Assembly: GCA_032123355.1 (NCBI GenBank)
Contig: JAQBFM010000105.1
Location: 10,692 to 74,691, forward strand
DNA length: 64,000 nt
Source: Lentisphaerales bacterium
Lineage (GTDB): Bacteria; Verrucomicrobiota; Kiritimatiellia; SPBP01
Direction of reading: 5' to 3'
Shown: piece by piece, positions 1-9,083 of the stretch
How the letters are laid out: the number at the start of each line of letters is the position of its first letter
How positions within the stretch are numbered: the first letter of the stretch is position 1
Translations under genes and position numbers: made by a program
The notes under the pieces: model-generated
Database searches by the model: none
Seen by the model: only the letters and a program-made list of their open reading frames with translations
What the model was told of the DNA's origin: nothing

Positions 1-522
1 CTCGATGCCGGCGATATGATCATGCAGGCCGAAATGAGGATTGAAGATGATGATACCGCCGGTTTGTTGCACGGTCGACTCGCGGGCCTTGGCGCTCGTC
101 TGCTTGTGGAGTCGCTCGACGGCATAATGGCTGGCGCTGTTTCGCGTGTGCGACAGATTGACAGCGATGCGACTTATGCAGCCAGGCTGAAGAAAGAGGA
201 TGGTAGAATCGACTGGACCATGGGGGCTCGACGAATCTACGATAGAGTGCGAGGATTCAACCCGTGGCCTATGTGCTGGTGCGAAGCAGGAACAGGCTCG
301 GGCCATTTTCTGAGGATACTGAATGTTGCCGTCGAGCAGGACGATGGTGCAGGATCGAGTGCATGCGGACAAATCCTATCAGCCGAAGGAGCCGGCCCGG
401 TTGTCAAGACGGGTGCAGGCGCAGTCAGGTTGATTGAAGTTCAGCCGGAAGGCAGCCGGCCTATGGATGGAGCCTCGTATTTGCGCGGACACCGGCTGGC
501 GGTGGGAGATGTTCTGAAATAG
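1..522 (+). CDS. fmt: methionyl-tRNA formyltransferase, C-terminal part (5' end lies outside the window)
   Basis: Open frame from base 1 in frame 1. The translation matches the Fmt C-terminal tRNA-binding domain and ends at 522. Confidence 0.7.
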   Translation, partial: LDAGDMIMQAEMRIEDDDTAGLLHGRLAGLGARLLVESLDGIMAGAVSRVRQIDSDATYAARLKKEDGRIDWTMGARRIYDRVRGFNPWPMCWCEAGTGSGHFLRILNVAVEQDDGAGSSACGQILSAEGAGPVVKTGAGAVRLIEVQPEGSRPMDGASYLRGHRLAVGDVLK

Positions 523-564
523 GGCATCGGAATTCTGAACCGGTTTGGCAAAGAGGAACGAACA

Positions 565-1656
565 ATGGCCCGAAGAGTACATGTCGAGTTGGGCGAGAGA
601 TCCTACGATATAGTGATCGGCCGAAACATCAGGATCGGCACCGTCCTAAAACAAACCGGAGCCACAGGCGGGTTGCTGGTTTCCGATTCGAACATTGATC
701 CCGTCCACGGTGACGCATGTCAGGCCGGGCTGGAGTCGATCGGGCTTAAAGTCGCGCGGCTCGTTATTCCCGCGGGCGAGCAATCAAAGAGCATGACCTC
801 ACTTTGCCGCATCTATGATCGCGCACTTGAACTCGGTCTGGACCGGTTCTCGTTCATGGTAGCGCTGGGCGGCGGAATGATTGGTGACCTTGTGGGCTTT
901 GCCGCGGCGACATATATGCGGGGCATAGCCCTTGCGCAGGTGCCGACCTCGATGCTTGCGATGGTAGACAGCTCCGTTGGTGGGAAGACCGGAGTTAATC
1001 TCGAACAGGGCAAGAACCTGGTGGGTTCTTTCTATCAGCCGGTAGAAGTTGCGGTCGATCTGGCATTGTTGGAGACATTGCCGGAGAGGGAGTTTGTATC
1101 TGGCCTGGCCGAAGTCGTGAAGTATGGAGTGATTGACGACTTTGAACTGTTCGAGCTTATTGAAGCGAACGTGGACGGGGTTCTGCAGAGGAGCGGCAAA
1201 CTCCTGGAGCAGATTGTCGCTCGCTGTTGTGAGATCAAGGCTGGAATCGTGTCTGAGGACGAGCGGGAAGGAGGGCGGCGAGCAATCCTCAATTTTGGCC
1301 ACACGTTCGGGCACGCGCTTGAAAACGCCGAAGGCTATGGCAGGCTGCTTCACGGTGAAGCGTTGGCGGTCGGGATGGTTTATGCCGCGGAACTCTCGGC
1401 ATGGGAATGCGGGCTACCGGTGGATCAAAAGGAGCGGATATCAAAACTGCTTCGCAGCCTGGGACTTCCTGTGTCACCGGCGGATGCTGGTATGACTTGG
1501 AACATGCTGCGGGAGAAGATGACGGCTGACAAGAAGACCCGGGCTTCTGTTCCCCGTTTTGTGCTTGCTGAGGGGATCGGCTCTGTCATAATCGGCCGTA
1601 CGGTTTCGGAAGAAGTGCTGGCTGAAGCCTTTGAGGTGCTGGTATGTCGGGCGTAA
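565..1656 (+). CDS. aroB: 3-dehydroquinate synthase
   Basis: 363 aa. Carries the dehydroquinate synthase hallmarks: GGG(M/V)IGD glycine-rich loop, 'SSVGGKTG', and 'NFGHTFGHA' metal-binding histidines. Confidence 0.9.
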   Translation: MARRVHVELGERSYDIVIGRNIRIGTVLKQTGATGGLLVSDSNIDPVHGDACQAGLESIGLKVARLVIPAGEQSKSMTSLCRIYDRALELGLDRFSFMVALGGGMIGDLVGFAAATYMRGIALAQVPTSMLAMVDSSVGGKTGVNLEQGKNLVGSFYQPVEVAVDLALLETLPEREFVSGLAEVVKYGVIDDFELFELIEANVDGVLQRSGKLLEQIVARCCEIKAGIVSEDEREGGRRAILNFGHTFGHALENAEGYGRLLHGEALAVGMVYAAELSAWECGLPVDQKERISKLLRSLGLPVSPADAGMTWNMLREKMTADKKTRASVPRFVLAEGIGSVIIGRTVSEEVLAEAFEVLVCRA

Positions 1657-2273
1657 ACGAGATAATTGTCCGGGAATTCTTCGAGTCAATCGGATTCCTG
1701 GTGAGCCAGCCGTACAAGCACGTTGCGCCCGGTCGACGCAAGAGGGCAGAAGAAGAACTCGATTTGCTCGTGCTGAATCCGGCCGTATCAAAGGAACGTA
1801 TTCCGGACGATATGGTCTGGAAGGCCGAGGACCTGCAAGGGATCAACAGTGCACTTGTCGCGGTGCGCGGCTGGCATACCGAACGATTTTCCTCAGCGAT
1901 TTTCGAACAGACCCCTGAGCTCCTGAGATTCGCGGATGAATCAACTGCGAGAATAGCAGCCAGGCGGCTCGGGACGAAGGACCCTGTGAAGATCCTCTGC
2001 CTCGCTGAGTTGCCGGCGTCGACCGACCTCAAGAAGAAGACGCTTGACCTCCTGCGAAGCAAAGGCATTCAGGGCGTCCTTCTGTTTCGCACCATTCTTG
2101 AACAGCTGATCTCATACGTGGACCGGAATCGGAACTACGAGAAATCGGATCTGCTTCAGGTGATCCGCATTATCAAGAGCTATGGCCTGTTCAAGGATGG
2201 CCAGATGGAGCTCTTCGATCGAAAGCAACCGCGCAAGAGAAGTCGGCCGAGCAGCAGAATCGAACCCGCGTGA
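1644..2273 (+). CDS. hypothetical protein (209 aa); start overlaps the aroB stop by 13 nt
   Basis: Long ORF consistent with the local coding strand. No recognisable family. Has a weak PD-(D/E)xK-like pattern (LDLLVLNP ... ALVAVRGW), which is speculative. Confidence 0.5.
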   Translation: MSGVNEIIVREFFESIGFLVSQPYKHVAPGRRKRAEEELDLLVLNPAVSKERIPDDMVWKAEDLQGINSALVAVRGWHTERFSSAIFEQTPELLRFADESTARIAARRLGTKDPVKILCLAELPASTDLKKKTLDLLRSKGIQGVLLFRTILEQLISYVDRNRNYEKSDLLQVIRIIKSYGLFKDGQMELFDRKQPRKRSRPSSRIEPA

Positions 2274-2283
2274 CGGGGTCGTT

Positions 2284-2790
2284 ATGGTAGACAGGACATT
2301 CCTTCAATCTCATGCATTATTCGGCGGGCTCTCGGACAGCGACGCGGATTCCGTGCTGGCCATGCTCAAAGAAGCAAGATTCCGGTCCGGCGAATGGATA
2401 GTGTTGGAAGGCGACTGCGACAATCGCGTGTTCCTGATTGTCAGCGGGTCCGTTAAAGTTCTTAAGAAAGTGTCAGGGCCTTGCGGCTGTGAGGAAGAGG
2501 AGCTTGCCGTGCTGGGCGAGGGGATGACGTTCGGTGAGATGGAGGTCATCGATATCCAGCCCAGGTCCGCGTCAGTCAGGGCGGTGGCCGATACGGTCGT
2601 GCTGACGCTTTCGAGTACCGAGATGTACAGAATCTACAAGAGTATGAGGGAAGCCCACACGCTCATCATAATGAACATCGCACGCGAGATCAGCAGGCGT
2701 TTGCGTAAAATGGATGTACTTGCCGCCAATACGCTTTATGCGAGGGAACATGAACATGACCGCTCAGTCGGTGGCACGGCCTCAGCTTGA
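2284..2790 (+). CDS. stand-alone cyclic-nucleotide-binding (CAP effector-domain) protein, no HTH
   Basis: Matches the cNMP-binding domain signature (FGE(M/L) ... RSA.V.A). ATG at 2284 follows the previous stop; the longer ORF from 2182 is probably not used. Confidence 0.7.
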   Translation: MVDRTFLQSHALFGGLSDSDADSVLAMLKEARFRSGEWIVLEGDCDNRVFLIVSGSVKVLKKVSGPCGCEEEELAVLGEGMTFGEMEVIDIQPRSASVRAVADTVVLTLSSTEMYRIYKSMREAHTLIIMNIAREISRRLRKMDVLAANTLYAREHEHDRSVGGTASA

Positions 2791-2798
2791 TGGGTTCC

Positions 2799-3905
2799 TC
2801 AGCCGGTTAGCAGCGCCTTCAAGTGCGATTCAACGCCCGTTGCAAGACCTTCGGTGTTGTAGCCCCCTTCCAGGAGCGATACGACACGCGAGCCGGAGTG
2901 CGCTTCGGCAAGTGACATGACGAGCTTTGTCAGTTCAGCGAAGCCTTTGTCCGTGACGGTGAAGTCGCCGAGCAGATCTTCCTTTCTGCTATCGAATCCT
3001 GCCGAGATCAGGATGAGATCGGGTCGGAACGTTTCCGCTGCGGGTACCAGCTTCTTCGTGAACGCATCAAGGAATTCCTTGTCTCCGGCCCCTCTGGGGA
3101 GTGGAGCGTTAATGTTGAAACCTTTACCGGGGCCAGAACCGGTCCTGTCGGCTCTGCCGGTGCCAGGGAAGGCATAGAGAGCGTGAGTCGAGAAGAACAG
3201 GACCGTTGGGTCTTCATAGAATGCCCATTCCGTACCGTTCCCGTGATGATAGTCCCAATCGACAATGAGGATCTTGTCGAGCTTGTGCTTCTTCTGAGCA
3301 TAGCGTGCGGCAATTGCTATGTTGTTGAAGAAGCAGAAACCGTACTCGCCGGTGTTGGTGGCGTGATGACCAGGTGGACGGATTGCGCAGAAAGCATTCC
3401 GCACCTTGCCCTCGCAGACCGCATCCACGGCGGCAAGGCCGGCGGCCACTGCCAGTCGGCATATTGAGATGTCATTAGCCTGCTCGGTTACACGATTGAT
3501 GTGGGATTCTGAATGAACGGTCTGCAGGTAGGGAGTCGGGTCTACCGATGGTGTGATGGAAACGGTGTGTTTATCGAGTCCCGATGCATTGAGCCGGCGT
3601 GTAATGGCGATCAGCCGTTCCGGCGATTCGACATGTCCTTTCCCAAGCGTATGACGAAGATACCGGTCGTCGAGGACCAGCCCGGTTGCTTGAGAACGGC
3701 TTGCAGCATTCTTCCTCGTTCCGGTGTTGCAGGCCATGTTGCTCAGGAATGGACACAAGCCGAGGCCCAGAGCTGCCCGTGTGACGGTGCCGAGGAATGC
3801 CCGGCGAGAACAGCGGTCGCATGAGCGACATATCCCTTTTGCTGCCGGATCTGAAGAATGCCTATCGAGGGCTGGATCAGCGGCGACGTGGCCAACAGAA
3901 TGCAT
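2799..3905 (-). CDS. histone deacetylase / acetoin-utilization AcuC / acetylpolyamine amidohydrolase family protein with a twin-arginine (Tat) signal
   Basis: 368 aa. Contains the HDAC-family core (DWDYHHGNGT, GFCFFNNIA, SAGFD..EDLLGD, EGGY). The N-terminus has SRRAFLGTVTRAALGLGL, a Tat motif. Confidence 0.8.
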   Translation of the reverse strand: MHSVGHVAADPALDRHSSDPAAKGICRSCDRCSRRAFLGTVTRAALGLGLCPFLSNMACNTGTRKNAASRSQATGLVLDDRYLRHTLGKGHVESPERLIAITRRLNASGLDKHTVSITPSVDPTPYLQTVHSESHINRVTEQANDISICRLAVAAGLAAVDAVCEGKVRNAFCAIRPPGHHATNTGEYGFCFFNNIAIAARYAQKKHKLDKILIVDWDYHHGNGTEWAFYEDPTVLFFSTHALYAFPGTGRADRTGSGPGKGFNINAPLPRGAGDKEFLDAFTKKLVPAAETFRPDLILISAGFDSRKEDLLGDFTVTDKGFAELTKLVMSLAEAHSGSRVVSLLEGGYNTEGLATGVESHLKALLTG

Positions 3906-4028
3906 GACTCAAAGTATACGCGGCATTGGACCCGGGAGAAAAGACAAATCTGAAGAATGCCTACCGACGGGGCCAAGAGAATGCATGACTCGAATTATAC
4001 GCGGCATTGGACCCGGGTGAAGAGACAA
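3849..4028. repeat. imperfect tandem direct repeat (units of about 99 and 81 bp, with an 18-nt indel) spanning the start codon and 5' region of the deacetylase gene
   Basis: Unit A is 3849-3947 and unit B is 3948-4028. Both begin 'atctgaagaatgcc' and share '...gaatgcatgactc..tatacgcggcattggacccggg..ga..agacaa'. Seen directly in the sequence. Confidence 0.85.
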
Positions 4029-4116
4029 AGCGGAACAACGATCCGGTGTCCCCGGGGATTGACATTTCATTTGTATTACAGAACTGTTCACTTCTATTCT
4101 TATGCATGAATAATGT

Positions 4117-4785
4117 TTGCAGGCGAAGATGCCCGTGAGGACCGACATCATGACATGTCCGCTGTGCGGGACGACCGGCGCGATAACAATCTACAAAGAC
4201 GAAAGCCGAGAATACCGTCAATGTTCTGCATGCCGGCTCGTGTTCGTGCCGTCGAACCTGTTCCTGTCGTTCGAGAATGAGAAAGAACGGTATGATTACC
4301 ACCAGAATTCACCGGATGATCCGGAGTACCGCGGGTTCCTTGGCCGCCTCTTCGCGCCACTATTGGAACGACTTGAGCCCGGAAGTCGGGGGCTTGATTT
4401 CGGGTCGGGTCCGGGTCCAACACTCTCGATCATGTTCAGTGAGGCCGGGTTTCCAACTGAGATATACGACTGCTTCTATGCCGAAGCCCCGGAAGCGTTT
4501 GAGAGGATCTACGATTTCATTACCGCCTCGGAAGTCGTTGAGCACATGAGAGAGCCGTGTATCGAACTCGACAGACTATGGTCTATTCTAAAGCCCGGCG
4601 GTTGGCTGGGCATCATGACCTGCCTGCTGCCCGCTGAGCAGCTGTTCAAAGAATGGCACTACAAGAATGACGATACACACATTTGTTTCTTTTCGAGACC
4701 GACCTTCGAATGGCTTGCCACTCGGTGGCGGGCGGAAATAGTCTTCCCCGACCGGGATGTGGTACTCTTCAGGAAGAGAATATGA
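4117..4785 (+). CDS. class I SAM-dependent methyltransferase with an N-terminal Cys4 zinc ribbon
   Basis: 222 aa. CPLCG...CSAC zinc ribbon, then the 'LDFGSGPG' SAM motif I and a methyltransferase fold. The start could be M5 or M12. Confidence 0.7.
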   Translation: MQAKMPVRTDIMTCPLCGTTGAITIYKDESREYRQCSACRLVFVPSNLFLSFENEKERYDYHQNSPDDPEYRGFLGRLFAPLLERLEPGSRGLDFGSGPGPTLSIMFSEAGFPTEIYDCFYAEAPEAFERIYDFITASEVVEHMREPCIELDRLWSILKPGGWLGIMTCLLPAEQLFKEWHYKNDDTHICFFSRPTFEWLATRWRAEIVFPDRDVVLFRKRI

Positions 4786-4807
4786 AGCATGGCGGAAAGG
4801 TATCGAT

Positions 4808-5293
4808 ATGATGAAGCTGATCACGGCAGACACGATCGAGGGACTGATAGACCGCGCATCCGCCAGCGAGCGTCGACGAGCAAACCATAATGTGCATGAG
4901 TCTGCTGAAGATCCCGTGCAACGCCTGTTTGTGGCGGCAGAACGCGACTCCTATTTCCGTCCACACAGGCACGATGGGAAGTCGGAATTTGCGATGGTGC
5001 TCAGGGGCAGATTCGACGTGCTTGTGTTTGACGAAGCCGCATGTGTCACGGAACGAAGGTCGGTCGGGCCGGGGACGGATGTCGTCGGCTTTGAGCTCGA
5101 GCCGGATGCCTGGCATGCATGGGTCCCGATTGAGGACGATTCAGTATTCTTCGAGGTGAAACTCGGTCCATATGATCCGGACACCGCAGCGGAGTTCGCG
5201 GAGTGGGCACCGGCCGAGAATACACCGGAGGCAAGAGCTTTTGCGGAGAAGCTGCGAAGTGCCGGGGTCGGCGAGAGCCTTGCGATCTGTTGA
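4808..5293 (+). CDS. WbuC-family cupin-fold metalloprotein
   Basis: About 160 aa cupin with the 'RPHRHDGKSEFAMVLRGRFDVLVFDE...WHAW' pattern typical of the WbuC family. Start taken at MMKLIT after the upstream stop. Confidence 0.6.
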   Translation: MMKLITADTIEGLIDRASASERRRANHNVHESAEDPVQRLFVAAERDSYFRPHRHDGKSEFAMVLRGRFDVLVFDEAACVTERRSVGPGTDVVGFELEPDAWHAWVPIEDDSVFFEVKLGPYDPDTAAEFAEWAPAENTPEARAFAEKLRSAGVGESLAIC

Positions 5294-5383
5294 GTCGCGG
5301 ATTGTTCCGGGTGTCCGTCGGGGCACCGATGTCCAGTCCGGATAGAGTTGAAAGAGGGGCAGAAACAGTAGAGACTGTGCAAG

Positions 5384-5623
5384 TTGAGTGCAAACCGGAG
5401 GGTGTGCAGGGGCCGGGTGTGTGTCGACCTGGACCTGGATCGTCAGAAGTTTCCGTTTTGGAAACCGCAGGACATCGAGACACATGTGCGCGATGCAGTG
5501 CGGATTCTGGGTTCCCCGGAGGGTGGGCTCTGGCTGAAGGCTGAAGTGGCCGAAGATGTGCCTCTGGAGAATGTCGAGGCAATCTGTTCGGCACTTGAGC
5601 GGCATTGCCTATCGACTGGTTAG
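5384..5623 (+). pseudogene. C-terminal fragment of a uroporphyrinogen-decarboxylase (URO-D/MtaA) family protein; probable gene remnant
   Basis: 79-aa ORF whose 'D.D....FPF..P.DI...V......LG.P.GGL.L.....EDVPLENV.A...A...H' resembles only the last 70 residues or so of URO-D family enzymes. No N-terminal part is present upstream. Confidence 0.3.
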
Positions 5624-6245
5624 GACCACAAGACAACAGAACAAGCAACCGCCGATAAACGCCGATCTCTCTGCCGGAGGCGGACAAGTCCACCAGGGGG
5701 TCAAAGAACAAGGCGGCCGGAGGCCACAACCAAAGAATCCGGCCGCCGGTCGAAAGTCACAAGTCGAAGGTGAAGGTACATATGAAGAAGAGTTCCTTTC
5801 TACCTGCACCTGAGACCTGTCACTTTCACTGCCTCATCCTGCCGACATCACGAATCTTCTTGTTTTTCATCGCCGTAACGGCGGGATGAGGCACTAAGTG
5901 CTTGTATATGATTGTTCGCGGTGGGTCTGGGTATTCTTATGTTCAGATAGGCTCTCCCCGGGCCATCAAAACTACTTCCATCGGCGTTTGTCGGCGGTTG
6001 CATTATTGTTTCAGGCATCTTTCCTTTCTTCAGGACCCGGAAGAGTTTCCGCCTCCGCCCTTTGGACTACGGCGTGACAGGTCGGGGTCCGTCAGTCTAC
6101 ATTCACAAGTCGTGTGCTCATGCACACACTCGACCATCACCACGCACAAACTACACCTTGTTTCGCGTAGCGAATCTTCCTAGCCGAATGGAGAACTTTG
6201 GCGTTTCGCCAAAGTCCGACAGTCTGATAGGATTCGAATACTGTC

Positions 6246-9083
6246 ATGGCTTCTACTCGCTATTTCCTGGGCTGGTCCGAACCGCTGACCAAGGTTGTCT
6301 GCGATTACCTGTTGCCCGCCAGGATCGAAGGCGTGGTCGATCTCGAATCCACCATTATCGTTGTTCCGACGCGGCAGGCTGGCAGACGGCTTCGGGAGGC
6401 GTTAGCACTGCGTTGCGATGACAATGGCGCAGCGCTGCTGTCTGCACGAACGGTCACGCCGGCGTTCTTCTTCGGGTCGCGGAATGGTGATGCCGACGAA
6501 GCGAATCCAGTCACGGTCGCCTCCGTGTGGTCCGATGTGTTTCGTTCAGTGAAGCCGGGCGAGTTTGGTTCACTGTTGGGTCGGCGAGGAAGACAGCGTG
6601 ATCCTGCCTGGGAGGCCGTAACAGGCGAGATGATGCAGGGATTGCGCAGCATTCTTGCCGATGGCGCCTACCGAATTTCCGATGTCGCCGACGTTGCCGG
6701 AGACGTGATTGAGGAACCGGAACGCTGGGCAGAACTCGCGGCGCTTGAGCAGATGTATCTCGATCGACTTGAGGGACTGGGTCTGGCAGATCCCTGTCTC
6801 CGGAAGATCCAGTATGCTGCGGAGCCTGCGATTCCCGAAGGGATCAGAAGCATAGTTGTGGCTTCAGTTCCTGCGCCGGCGAGGCTTATGGTCGCCACAC
6901 TGCATAAGATCAGAAACGAGTTTGACATAGCGATTCTCGTTCATGCCCCCGAGGAGATCAGCTCACATTTTGACGAGTGGGGAAGACCGGATCCGGACAC
7001 GTGGGCACATGTTGAAATACCCGTCCCCGATTCCAGTCGGAACATCTGCCTGGCTGCAACTCCCGAAGCACAGGGCGGACGAGTCGTAGAAGAAATCGTT
7101 TCCGGATCACAGGAGTACGGCCCTGGTGATTTTGCCATTGGGGTGGCGGACAGGTCTATTATTCAGCATCTCGCTGAGCATCTCTCGGAGCAGGGCCTGT
7201 TGACGTTTGATCCGGCCGAGCGTCGTATTTCCAGTCATCCACTGTACAGGCTGATTGAAACTCTTTGCGTACTCGCGTCGAGCGGAAGCTTCGCAGAGCT
7301 TGGCAGGTTGTTGCGGCATCCGGATTACCTTTCCTTTCTTTATGCCGCGCACAGCCTTGTTCCACACGACGTGTTGTCCGAATTTGACGAGTTCAGAACA
7401 ACGCATCTGCCGTCACGATTGGATGATGTTGGCGGTCGCCTGAGCAATGGTGATAACTGGGTTGCGTTGCGGACGGCTGTGGAAGTCGTCGTCGCCCAGC
7501 TTGATATGCTGTTGAAGCTTGGGCTGGCTTCCGGCTTGCGCAGGTTGCTGAGTGTGGTCTACGCCGGCAGGAAGGTGAGGCCGGATCGTGCGGAGGACGA
7601 GGAGTTCCAGCAGGTTGCAGGCGCCATGGACTACGCGCTGCGGTACTTCGAACAGCGCACCGGGCTGACGGAAGATGATCCGGAACTTGCGCGACTGCTG
7701 TTCCTGCGGCAGCTCGCGGGCCAGACATACAACATAAAGCGACGCGGCACACCGATGGATCTTGAAGGCTGGCTCGAGCTTCCCTGGAACGATGCCCCTG
7801 TTCTTGTGGTGACCGGCATGAACGAGGGCTGTGTGCCGGACAGCCGGCTGGGTGACGTGTTCCTGCCGGATTCGCTCAGAAGCAAGCTCGGCCTGCTCAG
7901 CGACGCGGAACGCTTTGCGCGCGACGCACTTATCATGCGGCAGATGATCGAATGCCGCAGATCCGGAGGCAAGACAGTCTTCATTGCCGGCAAGTCCGGC
8001 GCCGACGGAGACCCTCTGAAGCCGTCCAGACTCCTCTTCCGATGTTCTGATACCGAGTTGCCGGGACGCGCGGCAAGGTTGTTCGGCGAATTGCAGGAGA
8101 AACGCGATAAGCCGTACTGGAAGATCAGTGTGAAGCTGAGTCCTGAACCGCCATCCGACATGGACCCGGACAAGATCGACATGAAGAGGATGCGAGTAAC
8201 GTCGTTCAGGGACTACCTGCAATGCCCGTTTCGGTTCTACCTGAAGCATGTGCTCGGCATGGAGAGGCAGGACGTCGAGAAGGATGGCCCGGACGCCCTG
8301 GATTTTGGAAACATGGTGCACTGGGCACTGCAGGCCATGCACAGGGATGTGAATATGACCGCCTGCGAGGATGAAGACGTCCTTGCAGAGTTTCTCGCTG
8401 AACGGGCGATGACATGGTGTCGGGAAAGATACGGCGAGAGAATGCCGCTACCCGCGGTGGTCTCACTGAGGTCGGCGAGGAAGAGGCTGCAGAAAGCGGC
8501 AGTTGCACATGTTGGCTTGCTCAAAGAAGGTTGGGAAACACTGCACAGCGAGAAGAAGTATTCAGTATCTCTCGATGGTATGGTCCTTTCGGGGACGATT
8601 GATCGTGTGGACAGGCACAGGAAGACCGGTGTAATCCGGATAATCGACTACAAGACTTCTGACACGAAGTCTTCTCCTGCCGAAGCGCATTTGCGGAAGA
8701 CTGCTTCGAGATGTCCTGAAATAGCCCGGACGACAATAGATGGCGCAGAGCGTGCGTGGCAGGACCTGCAGTTGCCGCTCTACGTATTCATGTTCAGGGC
8801 AGAAACCGACTGCTCGGATGTCAGGATCGAACCGGCATATTTCAACCTGCCCAAGGCAATTGAAGACACGGGTCCCGGCATATGGGAGGATTTCTCGCAG
8901 GAGATTTGCGAGGACGCCGTCTCTTGCGCGCAACGTGTTGTGGGCGCAGTCAAGAATCGAATGTTCTGGCCGCCTGCCGAAAGAGTCACCCATGACGATT
9001 TCGAGGACTTGTTTCATGACGATATAGCGGGCCATGTGCGCATGGACGGTTTCGAGCGGTTCATGAAAGGGAAAAGGAAGTGA
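6246..9083 (+). CDS. AddB-like PD-(D/E)xK nuclease / inactivated-helicase subunit of a two-component helicase-nuclease
   Basis: 945 aa. Degenerate N-terminal P-loop (VVPTRQAGRRL) and a C-terminal nuclease motif 'GTIDRVDRH...IRIIDYKTSD'. Overlaps the next gene by ATGA. Confidence 0.7.
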   Translation: MASTRYFLGWSEPLTKVVCDYLLPARIEGVVDLESTIIVVPTRQAGRRLREALALRCDDNGAALLSARTVTPAFFFGSRNGDADEANPVTVASVWSDVFRSVKPGEFGSLLGRRGRQRDPAWEAVTGEMMQGLRSILADGAYRISDVADVAGDVIEEPERWAELAALEQMYLDRLEGLGLADPCLRKIQYAAEPAIPEGIRSIVVASVPAPARLMVATLHKIRNEFDIAILVHAPEEISSHFDEWGRPDPDTWAHVEIPVPDSSRNICLAATPEAQGGRVVEEIVSGSQEYGPGDFAIGVADRSIIQHLAEHLSEQGLLTFDPAERRISSHPLYRLIETLCVLASSGSFAELGRLLRHPDYLSFLYAAHSLVPHDVLSEFDEFRTTHLPSRLDDVGGRLSNGDNWVALRTAVEVVVAQLDMLLKLGLASGLRRLLSVVYAGRKVRPDRAEDEEFQQVAGAMDYALRYFEQRTGLTEDDPELARLLFLRQLAGQTYNIKRRGTPMDLEGWLELPWNDAPVLVVTGMNEGCVPDSRLGDVFLPDSLRSKLGLLSDAERFARDALIMRQMIECRRSGGKTVFIAGKSGADGDPLKPSRLLFRCSDTELPGRAARLFGELQEKRDKPYWKISVKLSPEPPSDMDPDKIDMKRMRVTSFRDYLQCPFRFYLKHVLGMERQDVEKDGPDALDFGNMVHWALQAMHRDVNMTACEDEDVLAEFLAERAMTWCRERYGERMPLPAVVSLRSARKRLQKAAVAHVGLLKEGWETLHSEKKYSVSLDGMVLSGTIDRVDRHRKTGVIRIIDYKTSDTKSSPAEAHLRKTASRCPEIARTTIDGAERAWQDLQLPLYVFMFRAETDCSDVRIEPAYFNLPKAIEDTGPGIWEDFSQEICEDAVSCAQRVVGAVKNRMFWPPAERVTHDDFEDLFHDDIAGHVRMDGFERFMKGKRK

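Noticed and set aside
3909-4151. 80-aa minus-strand ORF containing a duplicated 'PGPMPRI' peptide
   Set aside because: It is an artefact of translating the tandem DNA repeat at 3849-4028; there is no independent coding evidence.
5556-5813. 85-aa plus-strand ORF in the gene-poor region
   Set aside because: Low-complexity translation (Gln/Gly/Lys runs), no start-site signals, and it overlaps the inverted-repeat structures. Probably non-coding.
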